The notes below the pieces were generated by a model, which worked only from the letters and a program-made list of their open reading frames with translations, was not told the DNA's origin and did no database searches. This document shows positions 36,200 to 45,242 of a stretch of 53,051 nucleotides of DNA, one piece after another. The DNA comes from a virus (Duplodnaviria > Caudoviricetes). The position numbers were made by a program, and so were the translations under genes. The stretch is taken from positions 1-53,051 of the IMG/VR virus record IMGVR_UViG_3300047278_000016. The stretch is one strand, 5' to 3'. Numbering within the stretch: the first letter of the stretch is position 1; each line of letters starts with the position of its first letter.

Positions 36200-37111
36200 A
36201 TGGCTATTTCACGCGCACAACTACTTAAAGAATTGCTCCCCGGCTTGAACGCTTTGTTCGGCATGGAGTATGCTCGTTATGGTGAAGAACATAAAGAAAT
36301 TTATGAAACTGAAACCTCTGAGCGTTCCTTCGAAGAAGAGACCAAGCTGTCTGGTTTCTCTGCTGCACCTGTTAAGAACGAGGGCTCTGCCATCGCTTAT
36401 GACAATGCACAAGAGGCATGGACAACTCGCTATAACCACGAAACTATTGCTTTAGGCTTCTCCATTACTGAAGAAGCTGTGGAAGATAACTTGTATGACT
36501 CTTTGTCAGCTCGTTACACCAAAGCATTGGCTCGCGCTATGGCTTACACCAAGCAGGTTAAAGCTGCCGCCGTTATTAATAACGGTTTCAGCGCAGCCTA
36601 CCCCGGTGGCGACGGCGTTGCTTTGTATAGCACCGCTCACCCACTGATTTCTGGTGGCACTAACAGCAATCGTCCTTCTACAGCCGCTGACTTAAACGAG
36701 ACTTCTTTGGAAGCCGCCGTTATTCAAATCGCTGCTTGGACAGACGAGCGCGGTCTTTTGATCGCTGCTAAGCCTAAGAAATTGATTGTTCCCCCAGCTC
36801 TGCAATTCGTTGCTACTCGTTTGTTGGAAACCAGCCTCCGCGTTGGTACAACTGACAACGACATCAATGCGTTGAAGAACAACGGTTCAATCCCTGAAGG
36901 CTACACCATTAACCACTACCTGACCGACACAAACGGCTGGTATTTGACTACTGATGTACCTAACGGTCTGAAGCATTTCATCCGCTCTCCTTTGGAGAAC
37001 AAGATGGACGGTGACTTCGACACAGGTAACGTTCGTTACAAAGCCCGCGAGCGTTATTCGTTCGGCTGGTCTGATCCATTGGGTACCTTCGGTTCACCCG
37101 GTTCAGCCTAA
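36200..37111 (+). CDS. Major capsid protein
   Basis: 303 aa; strong RBS; PKKLIVPPAL; DFDTGN.RYKARERYSFGWSD; followed by terminator. Confidence 0.9.
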   Translation: MAISRAQLLKELLPGLNALFGMEYARYGEEHKEIYETETSERSFEEETKLSGFSAAPVKNEGSAIAYDNAQEAWTTRYNHETIALGFSITEEAVEDNLYDSLSARYTKALARAMAYTKQVKAAAVINNGFSAAYPGGDGVALYSTAHPLISGGTNSNRPSTAADLNETSLEAAVIQIAAWTDERGLLIAAKPKKLIVPPALQFVATRLLETSLRVGTTDNDINALKNNGSIPEGYTINHYLTDTNGWYLTTDVPNGLKHFIRSPLENKMDGDFDTGNVRYKARERYSFGWSDPLGTFGSPGSA

Positions 37112-37130
37112 TATTTCTTCGGAAATATTT

Positions 37131-37160
37131 GAAGGGGGGCCTTGTGCCCCCTTTTCTTTT
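37131..37160 (+). terminator. Intrinsic terminator after MCP
   Basis: GGGGGC-cttgt-GCCCCC followed by TTTTCTTTT; preceded by a cUUCGg hairpin (37110-37129). Confidence 0.8.
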
Positions 37161-37179
37161 GGTGTATAAATACGTTAAT

Positions 37180-37250
37180 CCGGGCTTTCCGGTGCATCAA
37201 ACAGTCCCGGCTGACGACATACAGATTGATGCACTTAACTTGTATGTAAG
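37180..37250 (+). ncRNA. Pseudoknotted 5' leader (cis-regulatory RNA candidate)
   Basis: Interleaved pairings CCGGG/CCCGG, GTGCATCAA/TTGATGCAC, ACATACA/TGTATGT, the last abutting the AAGGA RBS. Confidence 0.5.
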
Positions 37251-37258
37251 GAAATATC

Positions 37259-37741
37259 ATGGGATTCGCATCACACCTTGGCCCTTGGATGCTCGGTACT
37301 GTTAAGAACACTACTGGCACTACTGTTGGCACTATCCGCAATATGGGCTGTACTGATGTTTCTCAGTCTGGCGTAACAACTGTTGCAGACACTGCGGCAA
37401 CTACTTTATTTGTAGTACCAGCGGGTTCACGCATTATTATGATTACTGTTGACGTTACTACCGCTTATGCTGGTACTACAGGCAATACTATTACTATCAA
37501 AGCGGGCACAACAACATTAGGTACTGTTGGTGGCGCTACTACTACTCCTTTAGCAGTAGGTCGTCAGACATTTACTATTACTGATGCCAGCATTGGTACT
37601 TACGTAAACACAGGCTCAACTGATGTCATCATCACCGCTACTTATGCTTGTGCTGGTACAGCATCCGGTGGTTCTGCAACTGTTGGAATGGTTTACGCAG
37701 TGCGTAACGCTGATGGTTCACAGAATCCTGCTTCAGCTTAA
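37259..37741 (+). CDS. Putative virion structural protein
   Basis: Thr/Gly-rich beta-type 160 aa after MCP. Confidence 0.65.
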   Translation: MGFASHLGPWMLGTVKNTTGTTVGTIRNMGCTDVSQSGVTTVADTAATTLFVVPAGSRIIMITVDVTTAYAGTTGNTITIKAGTTTLGTVGGATTTPLAVGRQTFTITDASIGTYVNTGSTDVIITATYACAGTASGGSATVGMVYAVRNADGSQNPASA

Positions 37742-37748
37742 TTAGTCT

Positions 37749-37770
37749 AGGGGGTCTCGGCCCCTTTTTT
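37749..37770 (+). terminator. Intrinsic terminator
   Basis: AGGGGGT-ctcg-GCCCCTT followed by T-tract. Confidence 0.7.
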
Positions 37771-37784
37771 AAAGGAGATTAATT

Positions 37785-38072
37785 ATGACGATGCAGACAG
37801 ACGTAAAAGCCGTCCATTTGGATGCAAGCGGTGCGGGTTATGTGGGTCGCACTAGAGTTCGTGGCTATCAAGTTGCTCCGGGCGGTACTGCCGGTGAAAT
37901 TCAATTCTTTGATAATGCAACTACCAACGCTGGCAACAACCTGCTAACGCTACACATTACGACTAATACAGCCGTTATTGCGACATTGATACCCGGTGAA
38001 GGTGTATTGTTTCAAAACGGGTTTTACGTAGTGTTACCAGCAAGCGCCTCTATTACGGTGTTCTATGGCTAA
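37785..38072 (+). CDS. Putative virion protein
   Basis: MQTDVKA...IPGEGVLF...ITVFYG. Confidence 0.65.
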   Translation: MTMQTDVKAVHLDASGAGYVGRTRVRGYQVAPGGTAGEIQFFDNATTNAGNNLLTLHITTNTAVIATLIPGEGVLFQNGFYVVLPASASITVFYG

Positions 38073-38322
38073 GAAGAAAGGCCCTGTCCTATCAGTTGGA
38101 AGAGGCGAGAAATTGCCTATATCCAAAGGGGCGGGCTTGACTGCCAAAGGCCGTGCTAAGTACAACGCTGCTACAGGTAGTAACCTTAAAGCTCCACAAC
38201 CACAAGGCGGCAAGCGTAAGGACTCATTTTGCGCACGCATGTCGGGCATGCCCGGCCCCATGAAAGACGAGAAGGGTAAGCCCACCCGTAAGGCGGCTGC
38301 TCTTGCAAGGTGGAAATGTTGA
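38065..38322 (+). CDS. Small basic protein
   Basis: GLTAKGRAKYN...SFCARMSGM...ALARWKC. Confidence 0.7.
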   Translation: MAKKKGPVLSVGRGEKLPISKGAGLTAKGRAKYNAATGSNLKAPQPQGGKRKDSFCARMSGMPGPMKDEKGKPTRKAAALARWKC

Positions 38323-38323
38323 T

Positions 38324-38776
38324 ATGGCAAGAAATACACCTTACTATGACGATGAACCAAAAGGCGGTGGCGGTGCTGCCCCTGCTGGTGGCGGTGGTGG
38401 CCGAAGCGCTGGTAGTGTTAAGCGTGAAGTTATAGACACGACTAAAGGTTCTAAGAGCGAGAAAGAAGCAACGGCACGTGATAAAGACCTTGCTGCAGCT
38501 CGTCGTGAAGAAGCGTTAGCCAACGCTAAAACCGAAGGTAATAAGACAGAGTACCAGTATGTAGAGCCGACTGGCCGGGGGACTGTTGCCAAACCCCCAA
38601 AAGACAAACCTAATCTGTTTGAAATGACAGACGCACAAAGAAACGCATTAACACCTACTCAGTTACGTAAATATGGGTCTGACGCCTCATTTAAAAACGG
38701 CGGCTCTGTTAGCTCTGCTTCACGCCGCGCTGATGGCTGCGCTACAAAAGGCAAGACAAAAGGGCGGATGGTATGA
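38324..38776 (+). CDS. Small head-associated protein with xxGG + RADG..KGKTKG tail
   Basis: FKNGG...ASRRADGCATKGKTKGRMV. Confidence 0.65.
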   Translation: MARNTPYYDDEPKGGGGAAPAGGGGGRSAGSVKREVIDTTKGSKSEKEATARDKDLAAARREEALANAKTEGNKTEYQYVEPTGRGTVAKPPKDKPNLFEMTDAQRNALTPTQLRKYGSDASFKNGGSVSSASRRADGCATKGKTKGRMV

Positions 38777-38976
38777 CCGAACACTCAGATACCGTAAAGA
38801 ACACGCTAGATTTTGTGGCTATATTTACCACGTTTGGTTCTTTCTTAGAACTGTTCAACCCACTGTTTGCTTTGATTGGCGCAATAGTTGGTCTGATGCG
38901 CATCTACGAGATGACAACTGGCAAAAATTTCTACGACTTATTTAAGCGAAAGAAAGACGATGCCAGCCAAGAGTGA
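38773..38976 (+). CDS. Small membrane protein
   Basis: Hydrophobic central segment. Confidence 0.65.
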   Translation: MTEHSDTVKNTLDFVAIFTTFGSFLELFNPLFALIGAIVGLMRIYEMTTGKNFYDLFKRKKDDASQE

Positions 38977-39448
38977 AAAACAAAAGCAGTTCATGGATGC
39001 GGCTGCACACAATCCACAGTTTGCAAAGGCTGCGGGTGTACCGGTATCGGTTGCTAAAGAATTTAGCGGCGCGAGCAAAGGGATGAAGTTTGGTAAGGGT
39101 TCAGATACGTCCCGCCCCGATCTTCAAAAAGTTAACAAACCTAAGACACTTCATGGGAAGATGTCAATCATGAAAGAAGGCGGTGATACTATGGCTACAA
39201 AGATGGGTAAACCTGTGATGAAAAAAGGTATGAGCATGGCTAAAGACGGCATGAAGCGTCCTACTCCTATGGCTGATACATCCATGATGGGCATGAAAAA
39301 AGGCGGCATGCCTATGAAAATGAAAGACGGCAAAAAAGTGCCTATTTTTATGTCTAATGGTGGTTCCGCCTCCAAACGCGCCGACGGTATTGCTGTTAAA
39401 GGCAAAACCAAAGGTAAGATGATGAACATGGGCGGCAAAGCCTGCTAA
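38960..39448 (+). CDS. Met/Lys-rich protein with repeated MxxGG and RADG..KGKTKG
   Basis: MPAKSEKQKQFM start; MKEGG, MKKGG, MSNGG, MNMGG. Confidence 0.7.
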   Translation: MPAKSEKQKQFMDAAAHNPQFAKAAGVPVSVAKEFSGASKGMKFGKGSDTSRPDLQKVNKPKTLHGKMSIMKEGGDTMATKMGKPVMKKGMSMAKDGMKRPTPMADTSMMGMKKGGMPMKMKDGKKVPIFMSNGGSASKRADGIAVKGKTKGKMMNMGGKAC

Positions 39449-39457
39449 GGGGTTAAC

Positions 39458-39688
39458 ATGAGTCCAGCAGAAAAAGCAGCGCGGGAAGAGATGGCCGAGC
39501 GCAAGATGAACGCGGCCACCGAAAAAGCCTACTCTAAGTCTTTAACTAGTACGGAAGAAGCGCCTGAGAAGAAAGACCCACGCGACGCTGTTCGCGGTCA
39601 ACGTGGGTACGCCAAAGGCGGTATGACGGCCTCCAGCCGTGCTGATGGCTGCTGCGTCAAAGGTAAAACTCGTGGAAAGATGGTGTAA
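39458..39688 (+). CDS. Small protein with YAKGG + RADG..KGKTRG tail
   Basis: ORF track; shared tail motif. Confidence 0.7.
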   Translation: MSPAEKAAREEMAERKMNAATEKAYSKSLTSTEEAPEKKDPRDAVRGQRGYAKGGMTASSRADGCCVKGKTRGKMV

Positions 39689-39690
39689 CT

Positions 39691-40266
39691 ATGGCTACAA
39701 GATGGGACAACCTACCCGGGCTTAAAGATGACGTGGTTGCTCGTGACCGTGAAGATACTGCCAAGGCTAAAAAGGGCCGTGAAGTAGATTCTTCTAAACT
39801 TACTGGCGGCGCTAAAGACGCTGTTCGTGAAGCTGGTCAACGTGCTGAAAACCGTAAGGTTGGACGCCGTGGTGCTGGTGTAGCTGCGTTTGAAATTGGT
39901 TATGGAGTTGGGCGTACTATTGACGAGAAGACCGGTCTTGGTAAAAAGATGGTTGATAAGTCTGGCCTTGGCGATGCCGCTGAAAAAGCAGCAAACCGCC
40001 GCGATAAAGTTGAGCTGTCTAAAGATGCTAAAGCTCGTTTAGATGAAGAAGAAGTTGATAACTACCGACGTGAAACTGAAGCCGAGGATAAAGCACGTAA
40101 AGCTTATTCTGGTAAGGACGAAGAATCTTACAAAGGCGACGGTATGAAGTATGGCGGTAAAGTCAAAAAGATGGCCTCCGGTGGCATGACTTCTAAAGTG
40201 TCTTCCGCTTCTCGCCGCGCTGATGGTATTGCCACTAAGGGTAAAACCAAAGGTAGATTTGTATGA
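39691..40266 (+). CDS. Charged protein with MASGG + RADG..KGKTKG tail
   Basis: ORF track; shared tail motif. Confidence 0.7.
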   Translation: MATRWDNLPGLKDDVVARDREDTAKAKKGREVDSSKLTGGAKDAVREAGQRAENRKVGRRGAGVAAFEIGYGVGRTIDEKTGLGKKMVDKSGLGDAAEKAANRRDKVELSKDAKARLDEEEVDNYRRETEAEDKARKAYSGKDEESYKGDGMKYGGKVKKMASGGMTSKVSSASRRADGIATKGKTKGRFV

Positions 40267-40538
40267 TGGCATCCCGAGGAATGGGCGACATAATGTCTAG
40301 CAAAATGCCCAAAGGCAAGCGCAAAGCCCGCCGGGATGACACCGATTTCACGCAGTATGCTGAAGGTGGTAAAGTAAACGCTGCCGGTAATTACACAAAG
40401 CCTAGTCTTCGCAAGAGAATTGTGTCTCAAGTAAAGTCAGCAGCCACGCAGGGTACCGGCGCAGGTCAGTGGTCAGCCCGCAAAGCTCAGCTAGTTGCCA
40501 AGAAGTACAAGGCGGCTGGCGGGGGTTACCGAGATTGA
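40263..40538 (+). CDS. Small basic protein
   Basis: YAEGG; GQWSARKAQL..KKYKAAGGGY. Confidence 0.7.
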   Translation: MMASRGMGDIMSSKMPKGKRKARRDDTDFTQYAEGGKVNAAGNYTKPSLRKRIVSQVKSAATQGTGAGQWSARKAQLVAKKYKAAGGGYRD

Positions 40539-40768
40539 AAGCGCCTCAAAAATCATTGAAGGATTGGGGCGACCAAAAATGGAGAACCAAAAGTGGTAAA
40601 AAATCTTCTGACACAGGTGAAAGATACCTTCCAAAAGCTGCGATTAAAAGTCTCAGCGCTAGTGAGTACGCTGCGACGACCAAAGCCAAGCGAGCCGGAA
40701 AAGCCGCAGGCAAACAATTCGTAGCACAACCCAAAACAATTGCAAAGAAAACGGCGGGATTTAGATGA
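40535..40768 (+). CDS. Small basic protein (DUF5872-like)
   Basis: TTG start overlapping upstream stop; SLKDWGDQKWRTKSGK...GERYLP. Confidence 0.6.
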   Translation: MKAPQKSLKDWGDQKWRTKSGKKSSDTGERYLPKAAIKSLSASEYAATTKAKRAGKAAGKQFVAQPKTIAKKTAGFR

Positions 40769-41694
40769 CCACTTCTGGAGTTGCAGCGTTTAATCTTGAC
40801 CTCACGGAGATCGTTGAGGAAGCGTTTGAGCGTGCGGGCTCTGAACTCCGCACGGGCTACGACTTACGTACTGCCCGTCGTTCGTTGAACCTGTTGTTTG
40901 CTGACTGGGCAAACCGTGGCATTAACATGTGGACGTTTGAGCAAGGTACGCTTACCTTCACTCAAGGTTTGGCTACATACGCACTACCAAATGACACTGT
41001 GGATTTGCTAGAACATGTTATTCGTACGGGCGCGGGCAACTCTTCTACGCAGTCTGACCTAACAATTACCCGTATCAGTGTTTCTACCTATGCGACTATC
41101 CCCAATAAATTGCAACAAGCCCGCCCAATTCAGGTGTGGTTTCAGCGTTTAGATGGCCAGACTTCGTCTGTAGGGACTACATTAAATGGTGGTATCACGG
41201 CTACAGATACAACAATTACGTTAACTTCCACTGCTGGTTTGGCCACAAATGGGTTTGTTCTGATTGAGAGCGAAACTGTTCAGTACGGCTACATTAGCGG
41301 CAACCAATTGATGAACTGTTTCCGTGGACAAAACAATACAACTGCAGTGGCGCACTCAACTGCCGCCGCTGTTTACTCACAAAACTTGCCATCCGTAACT
41401 GTTTGGCCGACCCCAGATGGATCACAAACCTACCAATTCGTTTACTGGCGTATGCGCCGTATTGATGACGCAGGTGGCGGCACTCGGACTATGGATGTAC
41501 CTTTCCGTTTCTTGCCCTGCTTGGTTGCTGGACTCGCCTACTATCTTGCACTTAAGGTAGAAAATGGCGCTCAACGCCTAGATGTCCTTAAAGCTCAATA
41601 TGACGAAGCTTGGCAGTTAGCTGCTGGTGAAGATCAAGAACATGCTTCTTTGAGGTTTGTACCGAGGCAAATGTTTATTGGAAGCGGTACGTAA
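40765..41694 (+). CDS. Putative head-tail adaptor protein
   Basis: ARRSLNLLFADWANRG; VWPTPD; RFLPCLVAGLAYYLA; inserted beta domain. Confidence 0.6.
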   Translation: MTTSGVAAFNLDLTEIVEEAFERAGSELRTGYDLRTARRSLNLLFADWANRGINMWTFEQGTLTFTQGLATYALPNDTVDLLEHVIRTGAGNSSTQSDLTITRISVSTYATIPNKLQQARPIQVWFQRLDGQTSSVGTTLNGGITATDTTITLTSTAGLATNGFVLIESETVQYGYISGNQLMNCFRGQNNTTAVAHSTAAAVYSQNLPSVTVWPTPDGSQTYQFVYWRMRRIDDAGGGTRTMDVPFRFLPCLVAGLAYYLALKVENGAQRLDVLKAQYDEAWQLAAGEDQEHASLRFVPRQMFIGSGT

Positions 41695-42123
41695 ATGGGC
41701 AATAGGTTTGCTTCGGGGAAGAACAGTATCGCCATGTGCGATCGCTGTGGCTTTCAGTTCAAACTAACGGCGCTTCGTAAAGAGATTCAGAAGACTAAGA
41801 TTTACAATTTGCTTGTTTGTCCTCAGTGCTGGGATCCAGATCAGCCGCAGTTGTTGTTGGGTATGTACCCAGTTGATGACCCGCAAGCTGTACGCAACCC
41901 ACGCAACGATTCGACCTACTTCACTGCTGGTACAAATGGACTGCAGACGGTAAACTCTACTAGCAACGCCCCGGATGCTGCTGGTTACGTTACAGGTGGT
42001 TCTCGGGATATTCAATGGGGCTGGGCTCCAGTTGGTGGGTCGAGTGCTTTTGATGCGCCTTTAACACCAAACTACTTGGTGGCAACGGCATATGTTGGTA
42101 CAGTTACGGTAACAGTTACATAG
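41695..42123 (+). CDS. Virion-module protein with CxxC pairs
   Basis: CDRCG...CPQCWDPDQPQ. Confidence 0.7.
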   Translation: MGNRFASGKNSIAMCDRCGFQFKLTALRKEIQKTKIYNLLVCPQCWDPDQPQLLLGMYPVDDPQAVRNPRNDSTYFTAGTNGLQTVNSTSNAPDAAGYVTGGSRDIQWGWAPVGGSSAFDAPLTPNYLVATAYVGTVTVTVT

Positions 42124-42132
42124 GAGTCTAAT

Positions 42133-42309
42133 ATGGACAAGAAAGATTTAGCCCAAGACAAAAAGATGATTAAATCTGCTGTCGGTAAGCACGAGAAAAA
42201 CATGCACCCCGGCAAAAAGCCTACAAAGCTTAAAGCTGGTGGCCCTACAACCGATGACCGCATGCGCTTAGGACGTAACTTGTCCCGCGCTGCAAATCAG
42301 GGGAAATAA
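42133..42309 (+). CDS. Small basic protein (58 aa, absent from ORF track)
   Basis: MDKKDLAQDKKMIK...LKAGG; AGGAG RBS. Confidence 0.7.
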   Translation: MDKKDLAQDKKMIKSAVGKHEKNMHPGKKPTKLKAGGPTTDDRMRLGRNLSRAANQGK

Positions 42310-42310
42310 C

Positions 42311-42595
42311 ATGGTTGCACAAGTTAAACCCACTACAAAAAACAGTCCTAAGATTGTTACAGGTACAAGCAAGGGTAAAGAAAATAAATACGCTTCAGCT
42401 TACGCTGACCGCGCTAAAGAAGCTATGACTGACTTAGCTGCTCGTGCAAATATGAGCAAAGCCGACACCGTTAATATGAGCGTTGGTAACATTAGCAAAG
42501 ATGCTGGTAATCAGCCCGTTAAAACATCCGGCATCAAGATGCGCGGTACAGGCGCGGCTACTAAAGGTCTGATGTCTAGAGGCCCGATGGCATGA
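42311..42595 (+). CDS. Small basic protein
   Basis: GIKMRGTGAATKG tail resembling the KGKTKG family. Confidence 0.7.
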   Translation: MVAQVKPTTKNSPKIVTGTSKGKENKYASAYADRAKEAMTDLAARANMSKADTVNMSVGNISKDAGNQPVKTSGIKMRGTGAATKGLMSRGPMA

Positions 42596-43263
42596 ATTAC
42601 ACCGCACTCAGCACTGCTATTCAAGCGTACACGGAGAACACGGAAGCAGATTTCGTGGCTAATATTCCCGTGTTCGTTACGCAGGCTGAGCAGCGTATTT
42701 ACAACACTGTTCAGTTCCCGTCTATTCGTAAGAACGTGACGGGTGTGGTATCTACCACTAGTACATATTTGTCCGCACCAGATGACTTCTTGGCTGTGTA
42801 TTCTTTGGCTGTTGTTGATGCAACCGGCAACTACGAATACCTACTGAACAAAGATGTAAACTTTATTCGTCAAGCGTACCCTGACCCAACTGAAACAGGT
42901 TTGCCTCGGTATTACGCTTTGTTTGGCCCAACAGTCAGTGGTAGCACGATTACTGATGAGTTGACATTCATTGTTGGCCCCAAGCCAGATGCCAACTACA
43001 CAGTTGAGTTGCATTACTACTATTACCCAGAATCTATTACGGTTGCGGCGGATGGGCGTACATGGCTTGGTGACAACTTTGATACCGTGCTTTTGTATGG
43101 TTCTTTGGTTGAGGCTTACACCTACATGAAGGGTGAGGCTGACATGATGGGGCTGTACAATGGTAAATACCAAGAAGCTTTGGCACTTGCAAAACGTTTG
43201 GGCGATGGTATGGAGCGTCAAGACGCTTACCGTTCTGGTCAGTTCCGTCAGAAGGTAACTTGA
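42592..43263 (+). CDS. Putative tail/adaptor (connector) protein
   Basis: FVTQAEQRI; GLPRYYA; GPKPD..Y; LLYGSLVEA. Confidence 0.6.
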   Translation: MNYTALSTAIQAYTENTEADFVANIPVFVTQAEQRIYNTVQFPSIRKNVTGVVSTTSTYLSAPDDFLAVYSLAVVDATGNYEYLLNKDVNFIRQAYPDPTETGLPRYYALFGPTVSGSTITDELTFIVGPKPDANYTVELHYYYYPESITVAADGRTWLGDNFDTVLLYGSLVEAYTYMKGEADMMGLYNGKYQEALALAKRLGDGMERQDAYRSGQFRQKVT

Positions 43264-43264
43264 T

Positions 43265-43684
43265 ATGTCGATTGTCCAAACCCAAACTACCAGCTTTAAA
43301 GCGCAGTTGTATCAAGGTATTCACGACCTGACGACCGACGTCATCAAGATCGCTCTGTACACGGCTAATGCCAACCTGAATCAAGATACAACCGTTTACA
43401 GTTCAACTGATGAAGTAGCTAATACAGGTACGTATGTGGCTGGTGGCGCACAGTTAACACCCATTACGGTATCGTCTTCAGGATACACAGCCTATGTTGG
43501 CTTTCCAGACATCTCGTGGACGGGTGCAATTACTGCAAGGTGTGCGTTGATCTATAACGTCACGCAGGGTAATAAGTCTGTTGCTGTGTTGGACTTTGGT
43601 TCAGACAAAATTTCTACAACTACGTTCACTATTACCATGCCGACAAACGGCCCAACCACTTCATTAATTAGGAGTTCAAATTGA
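43265..43684 (+). CDS. Virion structural protein
   Basis: SFK..L....HD....IKIALY; paralogue of 43883-44344. Confidence 0.65.
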   Translation: MSIVQTQTTSFKAQLYQGIHDLTTDVIKIALYTANANLNQDTTVYSSTDEVANTGTYVAGGAQLTPITVSSSGYTAYVGFPDISWTGAITARCALIYNVTQGNKSVAVLDFGSDKISTTTFTITMPTNGPTTSLIRSSN

Positions 43685-43872
43685 TTGTTAATACAACCAA
43701 AGGCGAAATGGACGATTCTCTTCTTGAGAAAAAAGAAGGCTTCGTTGATAATGACGACGAGTACACCACTTGGGTGGAGTATTGGTTGGACGGGGAACTT
43801 GTGCACAGATCCGCGCACGTTCAATTAAAAACATCCGTGGTTCTTTCAGGTTCCACAGCTTCTTTCGAGTAA
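43681..43872 (+). CDS. Hypothetical protein
   Basis: TTKGEMDDSLLEK...EYWLDGELVHRS. Confidence 0.65.
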   Translation: MIVNTTKGEMDDSLLEKKEGFVDNDDEYTTWVEYWLDGELVHRSAHVQLKTSVVLSGSTASFE

Positions 43873-43882
43873 AGGAAATATC

Positions 43883-44344
43883 ATGGCAAATACACAAGCA
43901 ATGTGCACATCGTTCTTAGGTGAATTGATGACGGCAACGCATAACTTCACAACTAGCACGGGCAACACTTTTAAAGCTGCGCTGTACTTCTCTTCCGCTA
44001 CGCTTAACGCGTCGACAACTGCGTACTCTACCACTGGTGAAGTAACAGGCACTAACTATATTGCCGGCGGTGTTACGGTGACTAACGGTACATCTCCGTT
44101 ATCCTCAAATACATCGACTACTGCTGGTACAGGTTATTGGACACCCAGCGCCAGCATTACGTATTCAAATGTGACAATCAACTCTGCGTCTTTTAACTGC
44201 GTGTTGATTTACAACTCAACATCTTCTAACAAGGCTGTTAGCGTTCATACCTTTGGCGATCAGACTGTGACTGCCGGTACGTTCACTTTGACAATGCCTT
44301 CAAACACCACATCTACTGCGTTGCTGCGTTTAGCTACAACCTGA
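43883..44344 (+). CDS. Virion structural protein
   Basis: SF..EL....HNF....FKAALY; paralogue of 43265-43684. Confidence 0.65.
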   Translation: MANTQAMCTSFLGELMTATHNFTTSTGNTFKAALYFSSATLNASTTAYSTTGEVTGTNYIAGGVTVTNGTSPLSSNTSTTAGTGYWTPSASITYSNVTINSASFNCVLIYNSTSSNKAVSVHTFGDQTVTAGTFTLTMPSNTTSTALLRLATT

Positions 44345-44368
44345 TCTTCCTAAACAGGAGGGCAGGAC

Positions 44369-45211
44369 ATGACAACCGCATGGGGCGCAGGGGCGTGGGG
44401 CGACAATAGCTGGGGGGGTCTGCAATCAGAAATCTCCGGCGTAGCCGCGTCTGGCGCTGTTGGTACGGTTGGCGTTGAGTTTATTTATGAGGTAGCTATT
44501 ACAGGCGTAGGGGCTACCGGTGCGGTTGGGTCAGTTACTGTTGCTGAAAGACAAATTGCCCTGACGGGGGTTGAGGCTTCTGGCTCCCCGGGCACGGTTA
44601 CTGTTGCAGAACGGTCTTTTGCAATCACGGGGGTTGAGGCTTTTGGTGCTGTTGGAATCGTGGCTGTTAGCGCAGCAGAAAACGAAGACGGCGTAATTGC
44701 TACGGGTTCAGTTGGCACAGTTGTACCAGCGCAATTTGTTGCGTTGTCGGGCGTATCTGCTACAGGCGCAGTTGCTACTGTTGGGTTTACTTACGGCGCT
44801 AACATTGATGGAATAAGCGCTTCCGGTGCTGTTGAGACTCCGGGGTCTAGCAGAACAGTAGCGCTTACAGGTGTTTCCGCTACAGGCGCAGTTGGTACAG
44901 TGTTGTTCCAATGGCAAGCTGGTAGCGTTGAAGCTATTGGCTCAGTTGGTAATGTGTCGGTTGGCAGCATTACAGTTGCGTTGACTGGCGTAGCGGCTTC
45001 GGGGCTTATTGGAAACGAAGTTCCGGTTAAAGAAATTGAAATTACAGGTGTAGCAGCTACAGGTGCGGTTGGCACAATGACTATGGGCGAGAGACTTGTA
45101 GCTGTGACCGGCAATCAAGCTATGGGCCGATTAGGTACTTTTGGTGTGTTTTACTGGAGTCTAATTGATGACAGCGAGACAGCAAACTGGCAAAATATCA
45201 CTACAGTGTAG
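44369..45211 (+). CDS. Repetitive tail fibre-like protein
   Basis: WG repeats followed by ~22-aa (L/I)TGVxAxGAVGTV repeats. Confidence 0.6.
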   Translation: MTTAWGAGAWGDNSWGGLQSEISGVAASGAVGTVGVEFIYEVAITGVGATGAVGSVTVAERQIALTGVEASGSPGTVTVAERSFAITGVEAFGAVGIVAVSAAENEDGVIATGSVGTVVPAQFVALSGVSATGAVATVGFTYGANIDGISASGAVETPGSSRTVALTGVSATGAVGTVLFQWQAGSVEAIGSVGNVSVGSITVALTGVAASGLIGNEVPVKEIEITGVAATGAVGTMTMGERLVAVTGNQAMGRLGTFGVFYWSLIDDSETANWQNITTV

Positions 45212-45242
45212 CCAAGTGCTACACACATATAGGAGCATTTAA

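Noticed and set aside
37211-37255. Hammerhead ribozyme (CTGACGA core)
   Set aside because: No correctly placed GAAA/stem II and cleavage triplet could be built.
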